DNA of 64,000 bases from contig OX597815.1 in NCBI GenBank assembly GCA_951406725.2, positions 47,802,001 through 47,866,000 of the forward strand. The letters run 5' to 3'. This DNA comes from Octopus vulgaris (Eukaryota). Numbering within the stretch: position 1 is the first letter of the stretch; each line of letters opens with the position of its first letter. Below are positions 14,837 to 26,835 of this stretch, one piece after another. The position numbers and the translations under genes are program-made. The notes beneath the pieces are model-generated. The model was not told the DNA's origin. It made no database searches and saw only the letters and a list, made by a program, of their open reading frames with translations.

Positions 14837-14931
14837 GGATGGATGGATGGATGGATGGATGGATGGACGGACGGACGGACGGACGACGGACAGACAGACA
14901 GACAGACAGATAGACAGACAGACAGACAGAC

Positions 14932-15009
<78 letters not shown>
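14772..15009. repeat. Compound tetranucleotide microsatellite (GATA)n(GGAT)n(GGAC)n(GACA)n(GATA)n
   Basis: Read directly from the sequence. Confidence 0.98.
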
Positions 15010-15434
15010 GCTTTACTTCGATTTAGAAACTTGATTTGCTACCACGTGGTTTTGAATTCAGTCCTACTGCCCGGCCCTTTGGACTCGTGTCCTCTGCTTA
15101 CACCTTGTGCCTTGAGAGTGAATTTGGTTGATGAAAACTGTGTGGTTGCCCACCATATGTGTGTGTGTGTGTGTGTGCGTGTGCGTGCATGTATTTTTGC
15201 ATGTGTGTTTGCATGTATGATTGTGTTTGTCGCCTACCATCGCTTCACAACAGGTTCTGTAACTTAAAGTTTCGAAAAAAGCACCAGATTTAATATATGA
15301 ACTGTGGAAGATTTATTCTAGCCGTGCCCCAGTATAGCGGCAGTAGAATGACTGAAACAAGTAAAAGCATAAAAGAATATATCGTCTTGTTTTTGCATTC
15401 GTTATATCTTCCTGTATGAAAGAGTTGTTTCCAA

Positions 15435-15921
15435 GGATCTTTTCGGTTTGAACGGCAGTTTTTTCTAGCGGTGTCATATGAAATTGTCACCCATAATTAT
15501 GACCCTAGTATCGATCTATTGCCTTTCAATCTATTACAGGGTTAGGGTTAGAGTTAGGGTTAGTTAGGGTTAGTTAGGGTTAGTTAGGGTTAGTTAGGGT
15601 TAGGGTTAGGGTTAGGGTTAGGGGTGGGGGAAGGGTATCTTTTTTTCTTCACAAATGTAAATAAATCCAATCTGTTTCTTAAACGAGGGACATTTTCATA
15701 CGGCACAGAATGTTTTCACCTCAATACATGTCATTGATTGGTTGAAATTGCAGAAATTGAAGAAGAAAAAACAACAAATATCTTACAAACTATAGAATTT
15801 TCTCAATAAAGCCAAGAGAAAAAGATGTTTTATAAACGCATTCTACCAGTATACGAAGTTTAAAAGTGCTTAGTTACGCGGAAATTATTTTTTTAAACTG
15901 CCGTTCAAACCGAAAAGATCC
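15435..15921. mobile_element. MITE with GGATC termini, 27-bp TIRs, 8-bp TSD and an internal (TTAGGG)n tract (Merlin-like)
   Basis: TIRs are GGATCTTTTCGGTTTGAACGGCAGTTT and AAACTGCCGTTCAAACCGAAAAGATCC. TSD GTTTCCAA at 15427-15434 and 15922-15929. Telomeric repeats at ~15538-15622. Confidence 0.92.
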
Positions 15922-16370
15922 GTTTCCAATCTAGGAAACTAATCTCTGTGACAGATATTTAAGTCTTGTTTAATTTTAGAAAGATATGGCATGTTTGTTA
16001 CTGTTGCACTTACAGACTGAATTTGCAAAACACCAATAGTATTGTAATTACTTTACCTGAAAACCCAAGCTTTTCCATGCAATTATTTCAATGTCTAGTA
16101 TCTTAAGGGGCACCAACGATTAATTAGATACAAATACAAATGTATAAACTGAATAGGTCTCGATGCAGTTCAACCGTAATTATTCTCTTATTAATTTTGA
16201 TAGAAATTTCACGCTTTGTTTCCCAAGCACATGTTACCTTGGGCAAGTGTCTTCTACAATAGTCCCAGTCAACTGAAACCTTGTGAGTAAATTTAGAAGA
16301 AATAAACTGAAAGAAACCCGTTGTATACATACATTGCATACATACATACATACATACATACATACATACA

Positions 16371-16401
<31 letters not shown>

Positions 16402-17255
16402 GGATCTATTCAATCTCAGTAACAGATTTTTTAATGAATTTTTTTTTAACTAAACAGTTTGAAACTTCGGATACTGGTCGAATGTGTCACGTAGAACACT
16501 GTTTACACTTAACGTTTTTGACAAAACTTTGTATTTTAGAAGTTATTTTGTGTTAAAGTTGTCTTATTTGGGTAATTTTAACCAATCAATGACGTGTATT
16601 CAGCTGGAGAAAGTTACTGCTGTTTGCGAAAGTAATGGAAGGGCAACAACTTCCGGGTCATCGAGTCATCTGTTTCGGACGCTGCATGAATATATGAACG
16701 TAAATACACAGACACATGTATATAAACACACACACACACACACACATCAAACATACACACACGTCCATCACACACACACACACACTTACACATACACTCG
16801 CACACACAAATTCATATGTAAAGCTGATAAAACGCTGAATGGAAGCAAAGAAAAGGAGAGGGTTTAATAAATTAATATGCAGTGGTAAGGGATTGGTAAG
16901 CTTATATAAGCTGTCGTTCAGATAGTCAACACACCCCCACTCTCTCCGTTCTCTCTCTCTCCCCTTCTCTCTCTCTCTCTCTCGATTTGTCACGTTAAAA
17001 AAACAGGTGCAATCACTGAACGAGGTAACTGAAAACGATTAAAACATATCTGTGTGTATACACATGTATGTATGTATGTGTATGTGTGCATGTATGTGTG
17101 TGTGTGTATGTATGTGTGCATGTATGCATGTATGTATGTGTGTGTGAGAAAATGTGAGAATCTGTATAGTTGCTTAACCTGCCGGAAATAATAGCCAAAT
17201 CTCTCTCAATGTCACATATAGACAAGAGGACACATTGGATAAAATGGAAAAATAC

Positions 17256-17297
<42 letters not shown>

Positions 17298-17396
17298 ATG
17301 TATTCCCTATAAAAAAAAATTCTGTTTTTCTCACTCATTCCCTATAAAAAAAATTTCCCTTTTTCTCACCCACCCTTATCTTTTATACTTTTCTCC

Positions 17397-17440
<44 letters not shown>

Positions 17441-17658
17441 ATGACCCGATGACCCGGAAGTTGCTTCTCTTCCATTACTTTCGCAAACAGCAGTAACTTT
17501 CTCCAGATGAATACACGTCATTGATTGGTTAAAATTACCCAAAAAAGACAACTTTAACACGAAATAACTTCTAAAATACAAAGTTTTGTCAAAAACGTTA
17601 AGAGTAAACCGTGTTCTACGTGACAGATTCAACCAGAATCCGAAGATTGAATAGATCC
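16402..17658. mobile_element. Non-autonomous DNA transposon with GGATC termini and ~210-bp TIRs
   Basis: Begins GGATCTATTCAATCT and ends AGATTGAATAGATCC. 16465-16670 is the inverted copy of 17440-17645. Shares GTCATTGATTGGTT with the 15435 MITE. Confidence 0.9.
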
Positions 17659-17668
17659 ATATATATAT

Positions 17669-17859
17669 CTCTTTTTTCTTTTTTTCTCTTTTTTACTTGT
17701 TTCGACCCTGGGACTTATTCTTTGTAAGCCTAGTACTTATTCTATCGGTCTGTTTTGCCGAACCGCTAAGTGACGGGGACGTAAACACACCAGCATCGGC
17801 TGTAAACACACCAGCATCGGCTGTCAAGCAATGCTAGGGGGACAAACACAGACACACAA

Positions 17860-17935
<76 letters not shown>

Positions 17936-17966
17936 TCAATATAGGGTGGCAAAAAATTTTGTAGAA

Positions 17967-18006
<40 letters not shown>

Positions 18007-18171
18007 TACGACAGGCTTCTTTCAGTTTCTGTCTACCAAATCCACTCACAAGGCATTGGTCGGCCCGGGGCTATAGCAGAAGACACTTGCCCAAGATGCC
18101 ACGCAGTGGGACTGAACCCGGAACCATGTGGTTGGTTAGCAGGCTACTTACCACACAGCCACTGCTGCGCC
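17669..18171 (-). mobile_element. SINE family A, near full-length
   Basis: Reverse complement of the family A head ends at 18171. Contains an internal duplication of GTAAACACACCAGCATCGGCT and a central (TA)n. Confidence 0.9.
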
Positions 18172-18400
18172 TTTATCTTTATCTTTTACTTCTTTCAGTC
18201 ACTAGACTGCGGCCATGCTGGGGCACTCCCTTGAATTTTTCTTAGTCAAATGAACCGACACCAGTACTTCTTTTTTAAGTCTGGTATTTATTCTATAGAT
18301 CTCTTTTGCCGAACCGCTAAGTTACGGAGACACAAACACACCAACACGGGTTGTCATGTGGTAGTTGGCGGACAAACACAAAGACACAAGCACATACATA
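18172..18400 (-). mobile_element. SINE family A 3' half
   Basis: GACTGCGGCCATGCTGGGGCAC...CTCTTTTGCCGAACCGCTAAGTTACGG is the reverse complement of the family A tail. Confidence 0.8.
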
Positions 18401-18418
18401 CATACAAACATACATACA

Positions 18419-18452
<34 letters not shown>

Positions 18453-18457
18453 CATAC

Positions 18458-18515
<58 letters not shown>

Positions 18516-18526
<11 letters not shown>

Positions 18527-19260
18527 TGAGGGTACTACTATTCGTAGATACCAACACGCTAAGAGGGACCAATGCGGTCAAAACTACTAAAAATAAACAA
18601 AATTTTACCGAATGCAAAACTTCAAAACACATCATTTTAAAAAAGAATTCAGTTACATATCACATGTGATTTCGCATTTAATGCAGAATATGCATTTCAT
18701 GTTCGTCAGTGCAACAAACTCAAGAAATATAAGAAAAAACATAACATTACAAACTCGATAGCCAACCGTAGAATTCGTCGTAGCTTGTACGAATGTTTAT
18801 CCTTACATATCTATGAAAATGGCGGGCTTTTTCGCAATGCATTTCGGTAACAAATTGCCTAGTCGGAATAAAAATTCAGTATTGAACTATTCCGGTGAAA
18901 AATATAAATTAACAATTGAGGATAAAATCTTTAAAAGAAATTATCAGTAGTCAGCGTGAAAAACCTCGTAAGAGAAAAAATCCGTAAATTCTTCCTCTTT
19001 GAAAATATTCATTTATATTATATTGAGGGTACTACTATTCGTAGATGTGTTTTGAAGTTTTGCATTCGGTAAAATTTTGTTTATTTTTAGTAGTTTTGAC
19101 CGCATTGGTCCCTCTTAGCGTGTTGGTATCTACGAATAGTAGTACCCTCAATATAATATAAATGAATATTTTCAAAGAGGAAGAATTTACGGATTTTTCT
19201 CTTACGAGGTTTTTCACGCTGACTACTGATAATTTCTTTTAAAGATTTTATCCTCAATTG

Positions 19261-19264
<4 letters not shown>
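18516..19264 (-). mobile_element. HHR-containing non-coding retroelement: ~497-nt unit with terminal redundancy plus an inverted partial copy, inside (TA)n
   Basis: TATATTGAGGGTACTACTATTCGTAGAT recurs 497 nt apart (~18520 and ~19018). 19045-19264 is the reverse complement of 18909-19017 joined to 18520-18633. Confidence 0.88.
18652..18715 (-). ncRNA. Type-I hammerhead ribozyme with palindromic stem III
   Basis: GTTGCA-CTGACGA-ACAT...ATGC-GAAA-TCACATGTGA-TA-TGTAAC. Six-bp stem I and an intact core. The first stem II pair is A-C rather than G-C. Confidence 0.85.
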
Positions 19265-19342
<78 letters not shown>

Positions 19343-19553
19343 ATATATTGTAAGTATATATCTAATTCTTTACGACCTTCTTCTTTCTTTCTTCTTTTCT
19401 TTTTCTCGGACCCCCTCTCTCACTTTCTTGGCATTCTCTTTCTTTCCATTTTTCTTTTTCTCGCTCCTCCTCTCACATTTCTTGGCATTCTCTTTCTTTA
19501 ACCCCTCTACTTTCCTCTTATCTTCCTTGTACATTTCCCTCTGTCTCTGTCTC

Positions 19554-19592
<39 letters not shown>

Positions 19593-20007
19593 AGTTCCTT
19601 CTCTAATTCTTCAATCCCACTGCTCCCTACCTCTTTCTGTTCCTCCCACGTGATCAGTACTCGACCAAGCATGATCTTTCTTTCTTGGTCTGACCGCCGC
19701 TCGCACAACACCTTAGTTTCCTGTCTCCTCACTTTCATTTATGTTTGTTGCTGTAAGGCTTCCACTTCACACGCCAGCTTAACTTAACTTCTCCTTTTAG
19801 TCGAAAGACACCTGTTGTTATTCTTGTTGTTTGTATTTGTAATCGTGTAACATTTTCTCCTTTTTCTCGGGGTTTTTTTGTCGTGTTTTCGCACATATTC
19901 ACTCGCTTTCTTCCAAAAATTTAATGCCCTTAGATTTTTTTTAAAGGTGTATTCTTCGAGTTCTCAGTGTTTTCTCACGTCTGCGATGTAGATATTCTAA
20001 ATTTTGT

Positions 20008-20080
20008 ATTTATATAGTCTGATGAGCTGTCCACAATGCTTTGCTTTGTGGATGCGAAACCTTGGGTCCAAGATATAAAA
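20008..20080 (+). ncRNA. Type-I hammerhead ribozyme motif (intact core, damaged stem I)
   Basis: CTGATGA(20019)-GC.TCCACAA..TTGTGGA.GC-GAAA-CC TTG GG-TC-CAAGATATAAA. Distal TTTATAT/ATATAAA pairing is retained but the proximal stem I is mismatched. Confidence 0.75.
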
Positions 20081-20723
20081 TTTTTGTTGTATATATGTAT
20101 ATATAATCTGTGTGTGTGTAACTGTGTTTGTCCTCCATCCACTGCTTGACAACCGGTGTTGGTTGTTTACGTAGCAGCTCGGTGAAAGAGACTGACAGAA
20201 TAAGTACCAGGCTTTAAAAAATGTACTGGGGTCGATTTATTCGGCTAAAAATTCTTCGAGTCAGTACGCTAGCATTGCCGCAGTGTAATGATAACATATT
20301 GTGCTATCAAAAAGATGATACAATATGTTTGTGTTTTATAGTTCCAAATAACAGTATCATGTCGGTTGTGATTTATTTGCTGCTTATATATTTAGGTTCC
20401 GCCAATTTTCATAATTTGTCAGTCCCATATTTATCCATTATTTTTCCTTCCTTATTTTATTCAACATTTTACAACACGCCTTTTGGAAATTTCTTATTCC
20501 AACAAGCTATACGACAAAGTTGTATTTCAAGAGCATTCAAGTGGCTGTCTTCAGTTTTGGCTTTACCTATCTAACCTACACTTGTAACTGAAGCTGTATA
20601 AATTTATGTACATAAGTGAGTATTTATGCATCAGTAATTGTGAATACATACATACATACATACATACATACATACATACATACATACATACATACATACA
20701 TACATACATACATACATACATAC

Positions 20724-21110
20724 ACTGCCTAAATACCAGTATTGAGAAATTAGGCTTCTCAAAACCAGAAAGGAGAAAGCTAATTCGAAGACTACAGATC
20801 CAATCCATCACTGGAACTGTAAAAACCTGTAAAACTTTCCAGAAGTTTATCATTTAAATATATATATGAGCATGTCTAGATATGTAACTAAATGCATGAG
20901 AATACATAGAAAAAACATAAAAATCTGCACGTACATACATACATACATACATACATACATACATACATACATACATACATACATACACACGTACGTACAA
21001 AAGTACCCTGTTGTTGATGTTGAAATTCCTATGAAGGAACCTTGGATCTAGGTTAGAAACCGGTTCTTTCTCTACTGGCAAGAAATCTTTTGAAATAAAA
21101 AGAATAATGA
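20724..21110 (+). mobile_element. 3' end of a restriction-like-endonuclease non-LTR retrotransposon (R4/Dong/CRE-like) inside (TACA)n
   Basis: CLNTSIEKLGFSKPERRKLIRRLQIQSITGTVKTCKTFQKFII* resembles the RLE C-terminal motif LG...LQ..ALLGT..I.R.FL. A 3' UTR follows, and both flanks are (TACA)n. Confidence 0.65.
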
Positions 21111-21196
21111 CATGCATACATACATACATACATACATACATACATACATACATACATACATACATACATACATACATACGTGTGCGTATGCATATA

Positions 21197-21403
21197 CATG
21201 AAGGACCAAAAGTCATGCAACAAAACACTTGATAGTTTATTTATATTACGTTATTCTTATTATCATTCATTTTGTTCATTATGTAATAAGAACGTGAGTT
21301 GCCATCATTATTTATTTTATTCAATTTTAGAAAAATTGAAGCATGTCTTTGACAATTCCGGAGAGTATTGAACTTATTTGTGCGTGACTTTTGGTCCACC
21401 TAC
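21197..21403. mobile_element. Tc1/mariner-type MITE (degenerate; same family as 51285-51495)
   Basis: TIRs GGACCAAAAGTCATGCA and TGCGTGACTTTTGGTCC. Confidence 0.8.
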
Positions 21404-21447
21404 TCTCTATGTGTGCGTGTGTGTAAGTATGTATGCATGTGTGTGTG

Positions 21448-21509
<62 letters not shown>

Positions 21510-21588
21510 TGTATGTATGGATATGCACACACACAGAAAAGGAAAGAAAGGAGCGCATTATCGTATCAAATGCACACTTTTGTTATAT

Positions 21589-21625
<37 letters not shown>

Positions 21626-21729
21626 TTCATGTGTGTATATGTGTGTGCGTGCATGTGTGTGAGTATACGTGCGCCTGTGCACAACACAAGAATACTCTAG
21701 AAATGTGTGTGAGCCCTATATTCGCACTT

Positions 21730-21982
21730 TCATTCTTTTATTTATTTCAATCATTGAGTCATGGCCATGCTGAGTCAGCGACGAAAAAGTCAAGTCGATC
21801 AAATTTGTGTCTGTACTTCTTTTAACGTACTGTACTTAGTCTATCGGTGCCTTTTCACTCACAAGATATTGGTTGGCATGGGCTATGGTAGAGCACGCTT
21901 TCCCAAAGTGCCGCACCGTAGAACTAAACCTAAAATCATGTAGTTACAAACCGAACGTCCTAACCATACAGTCATACCTGCG
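21730..21982 (-). mobile_element. SINE family A, degraded
   Basis: Diverged reverse complement of the head (ACCATACAGTCATACCTGCG) and tail (GGCCATGCTG). Confidence 0.7.
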
Positions 21983-23164
21983 AATCATTATATTTGATTT
22001 CGTTTCTGAATTTCTAATCCCTTCAGAGTAAGAATAGAAATACGAAACAAAGTAACAATATCTTGCTTAAATTTTTTTTAAATTCCTAATGGGAATGCTG
22101 TTGTTATTGAAATTCTTCATTTAAAAAGAAAAACTCACATATCTTCGTAAAGTTGGTACGTGCAGTTTCAAATATCTTGGAATATAAAAAATAATTCATT
22201 CTTTCAATATTTTTCGAGCAAATTTGCATATATTGATATCATATATGCTTAATGTCCTCTTCCAATATCTTTAACAAAAACAGGGGGTGGTTTGTATTTC
22301 ACGTATTATATCTAAACAGTATATATTGATTAATACAAACATTTGGTTGGAGTATTCAATATAAAGCAAACATTGAAAATGTTCAATCATAAAGCATAAT
22401 TCTTGAATATTTTAGAAATTTAATTCAAACGCAAGATTGAAAATAACCCGATGCTCCCTCTTTTTCTATGCAGATACTGTATATACAGACAAGATAAGGT
22501 GTTTTAATTTTGTCTATTTACACCCTGTAGACTAAAAGCTACAGATATATTTTGTTGCATTGCATGACATTGAAGCAATGTTCCAAGAATCCATTAGGTA
22601 TGCCAACCAATCCTTCTGATTTATTTACACCCGTATAATAGTATATTTATAAGCAGTGCTAGTGTGTACTGTTAAAACGGGTACTTAGTCATTGATTAGT
22701 TCCTACAGTGTTTGTTACGCAGGTGTAGTTGTGTGATAAGAAGCTTGTGTGATAAGAAGCGAAAGTCGGCGGGCGCTTTTCGTCTTCTCCCATCCTTATC
22801 ATCCTTGCATCATTATCATTCATTCCATTAATGTCTGTATCCAGCTCGCAAACTTCTATATGTGTGCTGCCCTTGTGGCAAATTAAATGAAATAAAGAAG
22901 CGTGCTTCCCATTTTTGTTTTTGAATTGTAAAAAATGTAAGAGGTTTGTTGACCCAAATGAATTTTGTATTGAATTGTAAAAAATGTAAGAGGTTTGTTG
23001 CCTCGTGAATGTAATATAAAAGAGCATTGTTCTCGGGTAAGCAGCAATCGGCGGGTGTTGCTTGTTGTCCTCATTTATCATAATGTTCATTTGTCATTTC
23101 ATAATATTATGTCCATCCCGTAGCTTCCCTTCTATGTAAGGCCTTTATGGCCAATATAATGAAT

Positions 23165-23790
23165 AAAAGAAGCTTGCTTCCCAACCACATTGTGCCATGT
23201 TCTGTCCCACAGCGTGGTATCTTGAGCAAGCGTTTTCTACTATAGCCTCGGCCGAGCATAGCCCTGTGAATGTATTTGGTTGACGAAAACTGATAGAAGT
23301 CCGTCGTGTGTGTGTGTGTATATATATGTGTGTGTGTGCTTGTGTGCTTGTGTGTGGAACCGTTAATTCCGACATATTTTCTCTCTCACCCCTCGCATTT
23401 TTTTCATCTCATCCCTTTCTGTCGAAGAGCGTAGGCTCGAAACATCAAAGACTTTTCCATTCCTACCTAGCGTCATACTAATACACCTGCTTGTTCCCTC
23501 ACCTCTCTCTGTCTTATGCTTTCTGTACCTTTGAACCATAACCATATATATACATGTACATATATCTATGCGTGTGTCTTTGTGTCGGTGTTTATTCCCC
23601 ACCACCGCTTGACAATTTGTGTTGGTGTGTTTATGTTCGCGTAACTTAGCGGTTCATCAAAGGAGACCGATAGAATAAGTAGCGGGCTTTCAAAAATTAG
23701 TCCTGAGGTCGATTTGTTTGACTAAATCTCTTCAAGGTCGTGCCCCAGCATGGCCGCAGTCAAGTGACTGAAACAAGTAAGAGATAAAAG
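23165..23790 (+). mobile_element. SINE family A interrupted in its central microsatellite by an HHR-bearing element
   Basis: SINE head at 23165-23310 and tail at 23560-23790. The intervening 23365-23545 is homologous to the reverse complement of 35690-35900. Confidence 0.8.
23415..23450 (+). ncRNA. Minimal hammerhead variant (CUGUCGA core)
   Basis: CTTT-CTGTCGA-A-GAGC GTAG GCTC-GAAA-CA-TC-AAAG. Confidence 0.7.
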
Positions 23791-23940
23791 GAAAATATTT
23801 TGAAATAAAGTGTAACTCTGAAACGAAATACTGCTAACGCATCGTACTTAATTCATTAAATATCACATACATCAGTAAAACAATATTTCTATATTTATGT
23901 ACCTATATAGTTCTATACATTATGCAATTTCATATAACTA

Positions 23941-24157
23941 CGAGGGGCTGCTGAAAAGTTCCTGGCTTTAAGTAAAAGAAAATACAGGGGGATTAGTTAA
24001 TTGGTATTCTATTCAACATATTCCCCTCTCAAATTTACACACTTATTGTAGCGGTCCTTCAATTTTTCTAAGCGCTGTAAAAGAACTCGGAAGGTTGGGC
24101 CTCTAGCCAGATCTTTCGCGACACCCTTAAAGCCAGGAACTTTTCAGCAACCCCTCG
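23941..24157. mobile_element. Mariner-type MITE
   Basis: TIRs CGAGGGGCTGCTGAAAAGTTCCTGGCTTTAA and TTAAAGCCAGGAACTTTTCAGCAACCCCTCG, with TA on both sides. Confidence 0.92.
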
Positions 24158-25199
24158 TAAATGCAACAGTCAGTAGTGTCATCGCGTACAGTGATTGTGC
24201 AGAATATAATATGTACGAAATGGAACTCACAACAAATGCTTTCCTGTCTCTGCCTGACTAATATTTATTTATTTTATCGCCCAATAAATGCTGAAAAGCG
24301 AAGTCGATCTCGGTGAGATTTGAACTCAGCTACTACGTCACTAAGTACCAACAGACATTATGTCCAAAACACTACTATTACTGACACTCGCCACCCTGAA
24401 CGTAAAAAAAAATGTTGAAATTCCACATACTAATTTCTTTTTTCTTTTATTTGTTTTGTTTGGGTTTTTTCGCTTTTTTTTTCTAAGAATATTGTTTTAT
24501 TTCAGTCTCACAATAAAAACAGATGTTTTCTAGTAATTAGTTATTTTGGCATCATTAACAAGCATATCAACAACATAAGTATTCTTAGTGTTTGATTTAC
24601 CACATTTTGGGGAACCATCTGTATTTCCGAAAGAAAACAAAATGAAGTGGTTGAATATTCTTGTCTACATACCTTACCATCCTTTTCTTTTTAGGTCATT
24701 TCACAGAGCTTTATTATCCTTGTCTAGCGGTGTAGGTGATTCTCAGATATTATTGCTAGCCAATATTTGATCGCCAACGGTGCTGGATTAGCAAACTGGT
24801 TGAAAGCGGAACTGTTAAGTGTTACATCTCTTTGATTTCGAGTTCAAATCTTGCCGAGGCCAACATTGCCTTCCTTCCTTGTGGATCGTTAAAATACATA
24901 GCAATAGAATACTAGGGTGGATGTTATTTGGCGATTCTCACCCTTCAAAATGCCATACCCTCATATCCAAAATCAATATTTTCAGTAATTACTGTTAACC
25001 AAGAAGTTCTTCATGGTGTTAACAAACACACAATTGACTTATCCGCATATTTATTGAACATGATTCTTTTTTTTCTCCTTTTCTCTTTTTTAGTGAATGG
25101 TCTTTTGTCTTTCAGTGTTAAGTCTATTGAAAAAGAATTTGATTTTCGTCAAGATTTCTCCATCCATTCATCTAGTTTTCTCCGCCCACTTTTCCTGGG

Positions 25200-25400
25200 A
25201 GAATCAGGAGAGAAGTGTTCTCAGGCACCTCCTTTATAGGGTTCTATCAGAAGCAACCGTCATTACAATTTCTAGCTGGATTCCCAAGTGTCATCATCTG
25301 ACACTATAGATATTATCCATCTCATTCTTTGACGGCCCTTAGTTCTCCTACCTGCTGGCTTGATTTCAATAATAAGTCTTAAGATTCTTTCCTGTTAAGT
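25200..25400 (-). mobile_element. RTE/BovB-like LINE 3' coding fragment
   Basis: Minus-strand ILRLIIEIKPAGRRTKGRQRMRW matches the RTE C-terminal G..EG.R..GRQRMRW motif. Confidence 0.7.
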
Positions 25401-25871
25401 TCTAATCACATAAAGTTTATTCCAGCAAAACAACTTAAAATGAGTAAACTAGTTCTGTCTTTTTTTCTGGCAACCACCATAGCTAAATACCCGAAAAAAT
25501 ATTATGAATACAAGTGCTTATAAGATTAACGAATACCAGACCACACTCTAACTACAATATTAGTGAAACTTCTATGTCCCTTCACTTTATTAAAGGGAAC
25601 TTAAAATAAAACTTACATTCATTTAATTTTTCTTTCATCGATAATGTGTAGGACATGTTTAAGTTTTAAACCATCTTCATTTATTAAATGTGGCAATTTC
25701 TCCGCCTTTTTTCTTTCTTTCTTTTTTGCAATTATTCTTTCACCTATAAGAAATACTTAGCTTAAAACCGATTTCTATGAGCTTAGATAGCGATGACATA
25801 GATGCTAAACTTAAAAACCAATATCATGTACGTAGCCTCAAGCAATCTTACACTAGTCTTGATAACGACGA

Positions 25872-25977
25872 TAACCCTAACCCTAACCCTAACCCTAACC
25901 CTAACCCTAACCCTAACCCTAACCCTAACCCTAACTAACCCTAACCCTAACCCTAACCCTAACCCTAACCCTAACCC

Positions 25978-26018
<41 letters not shown>

Positions 26019-26460
26019 CCCTAACCCTAACCCTAACACTAACCCTAACCCTAACCCTAACTAACCCTAACCCTAACCCTAACCCCTAACCCTAACCCTA
26101 ACCCTAACCCTAACCCTAACCCTAACCCCTAACCCTAACCCTAACCCTAACCCTAACCCTAACCCTAACCCTAACCCTAACCCTAACCCTAACCCTAACC
26201 CTAACCCTAACCCTAACCCTAACCCTAACCCTAACCCTAAACCTAACCCTAACCCTAACCCTAACCCTAACCCCTAACCCTAACCCTAACCCTAACCCTA
26301 ACCCTAACCCTAACCCTAACCCTAACCCTAACCCTAACCCTAACCCTAACCCTAACCCTAACCCTAACCCTAACCCTAACCCTAACCCTAACCCTAACCC
26401 TAACCCTAACCATAACCCTAACCCTAACCCTAACCCTAACCCTAACCCTAACCCTGACCC
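25872..26460 (-). repeat. Interstitial telomeric repeat array (TTAGGG)n, ~580 bp
   Basis: (CCCTAA)n on the + strand with occasional CTAACTAA, CCCCTAA and CCTAAA variants. Unique sequence on both sides. Confidence 0.98.
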
Positions 26461-26617
26461 TACATCATTGTAAACCAAGAACATCAGAAGATAAGTCGTT
26501 AACAGCAATATGAAAGATGTTACTCCTCGGCTCTGAAACCCATCATTATAAAAACACCACCAGCTATACACCTCTCGTTATATTGAAATACACCATTAGC
26601 TATAACTCATTTTAAAA

Positions 26618-26772
26618 TTATTTACATTATTTACAATTGACGGATATTTGTCCTCATCTTGTTTGTTGTTAACACAACGTTTTGGTTAATATATCCTCCA
26701 GCCTTCATCAGGTGTCTTGGGGGAAATTTCGAACCTGGTTTCTCATTCCTAAGGTATTTTTCAATGCTATTA

Positions 26773-26835
<63 letters not shown>

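Noticed and set aside
21025-21070. HHR-like CTATGAAGG-AACCT..AGGTT-AGAAACCGGTT in the LINE 3' UTR
   Set aside because: No proper CUGANGA box or stem I; treated as a simple hairpin.
25872-26460. True chromosome end or telomere-attached Athena-type PLE
   Set aside because: Ordinary sequence continues on both sides and no endonuclease-less PLE ORF abuts the array.
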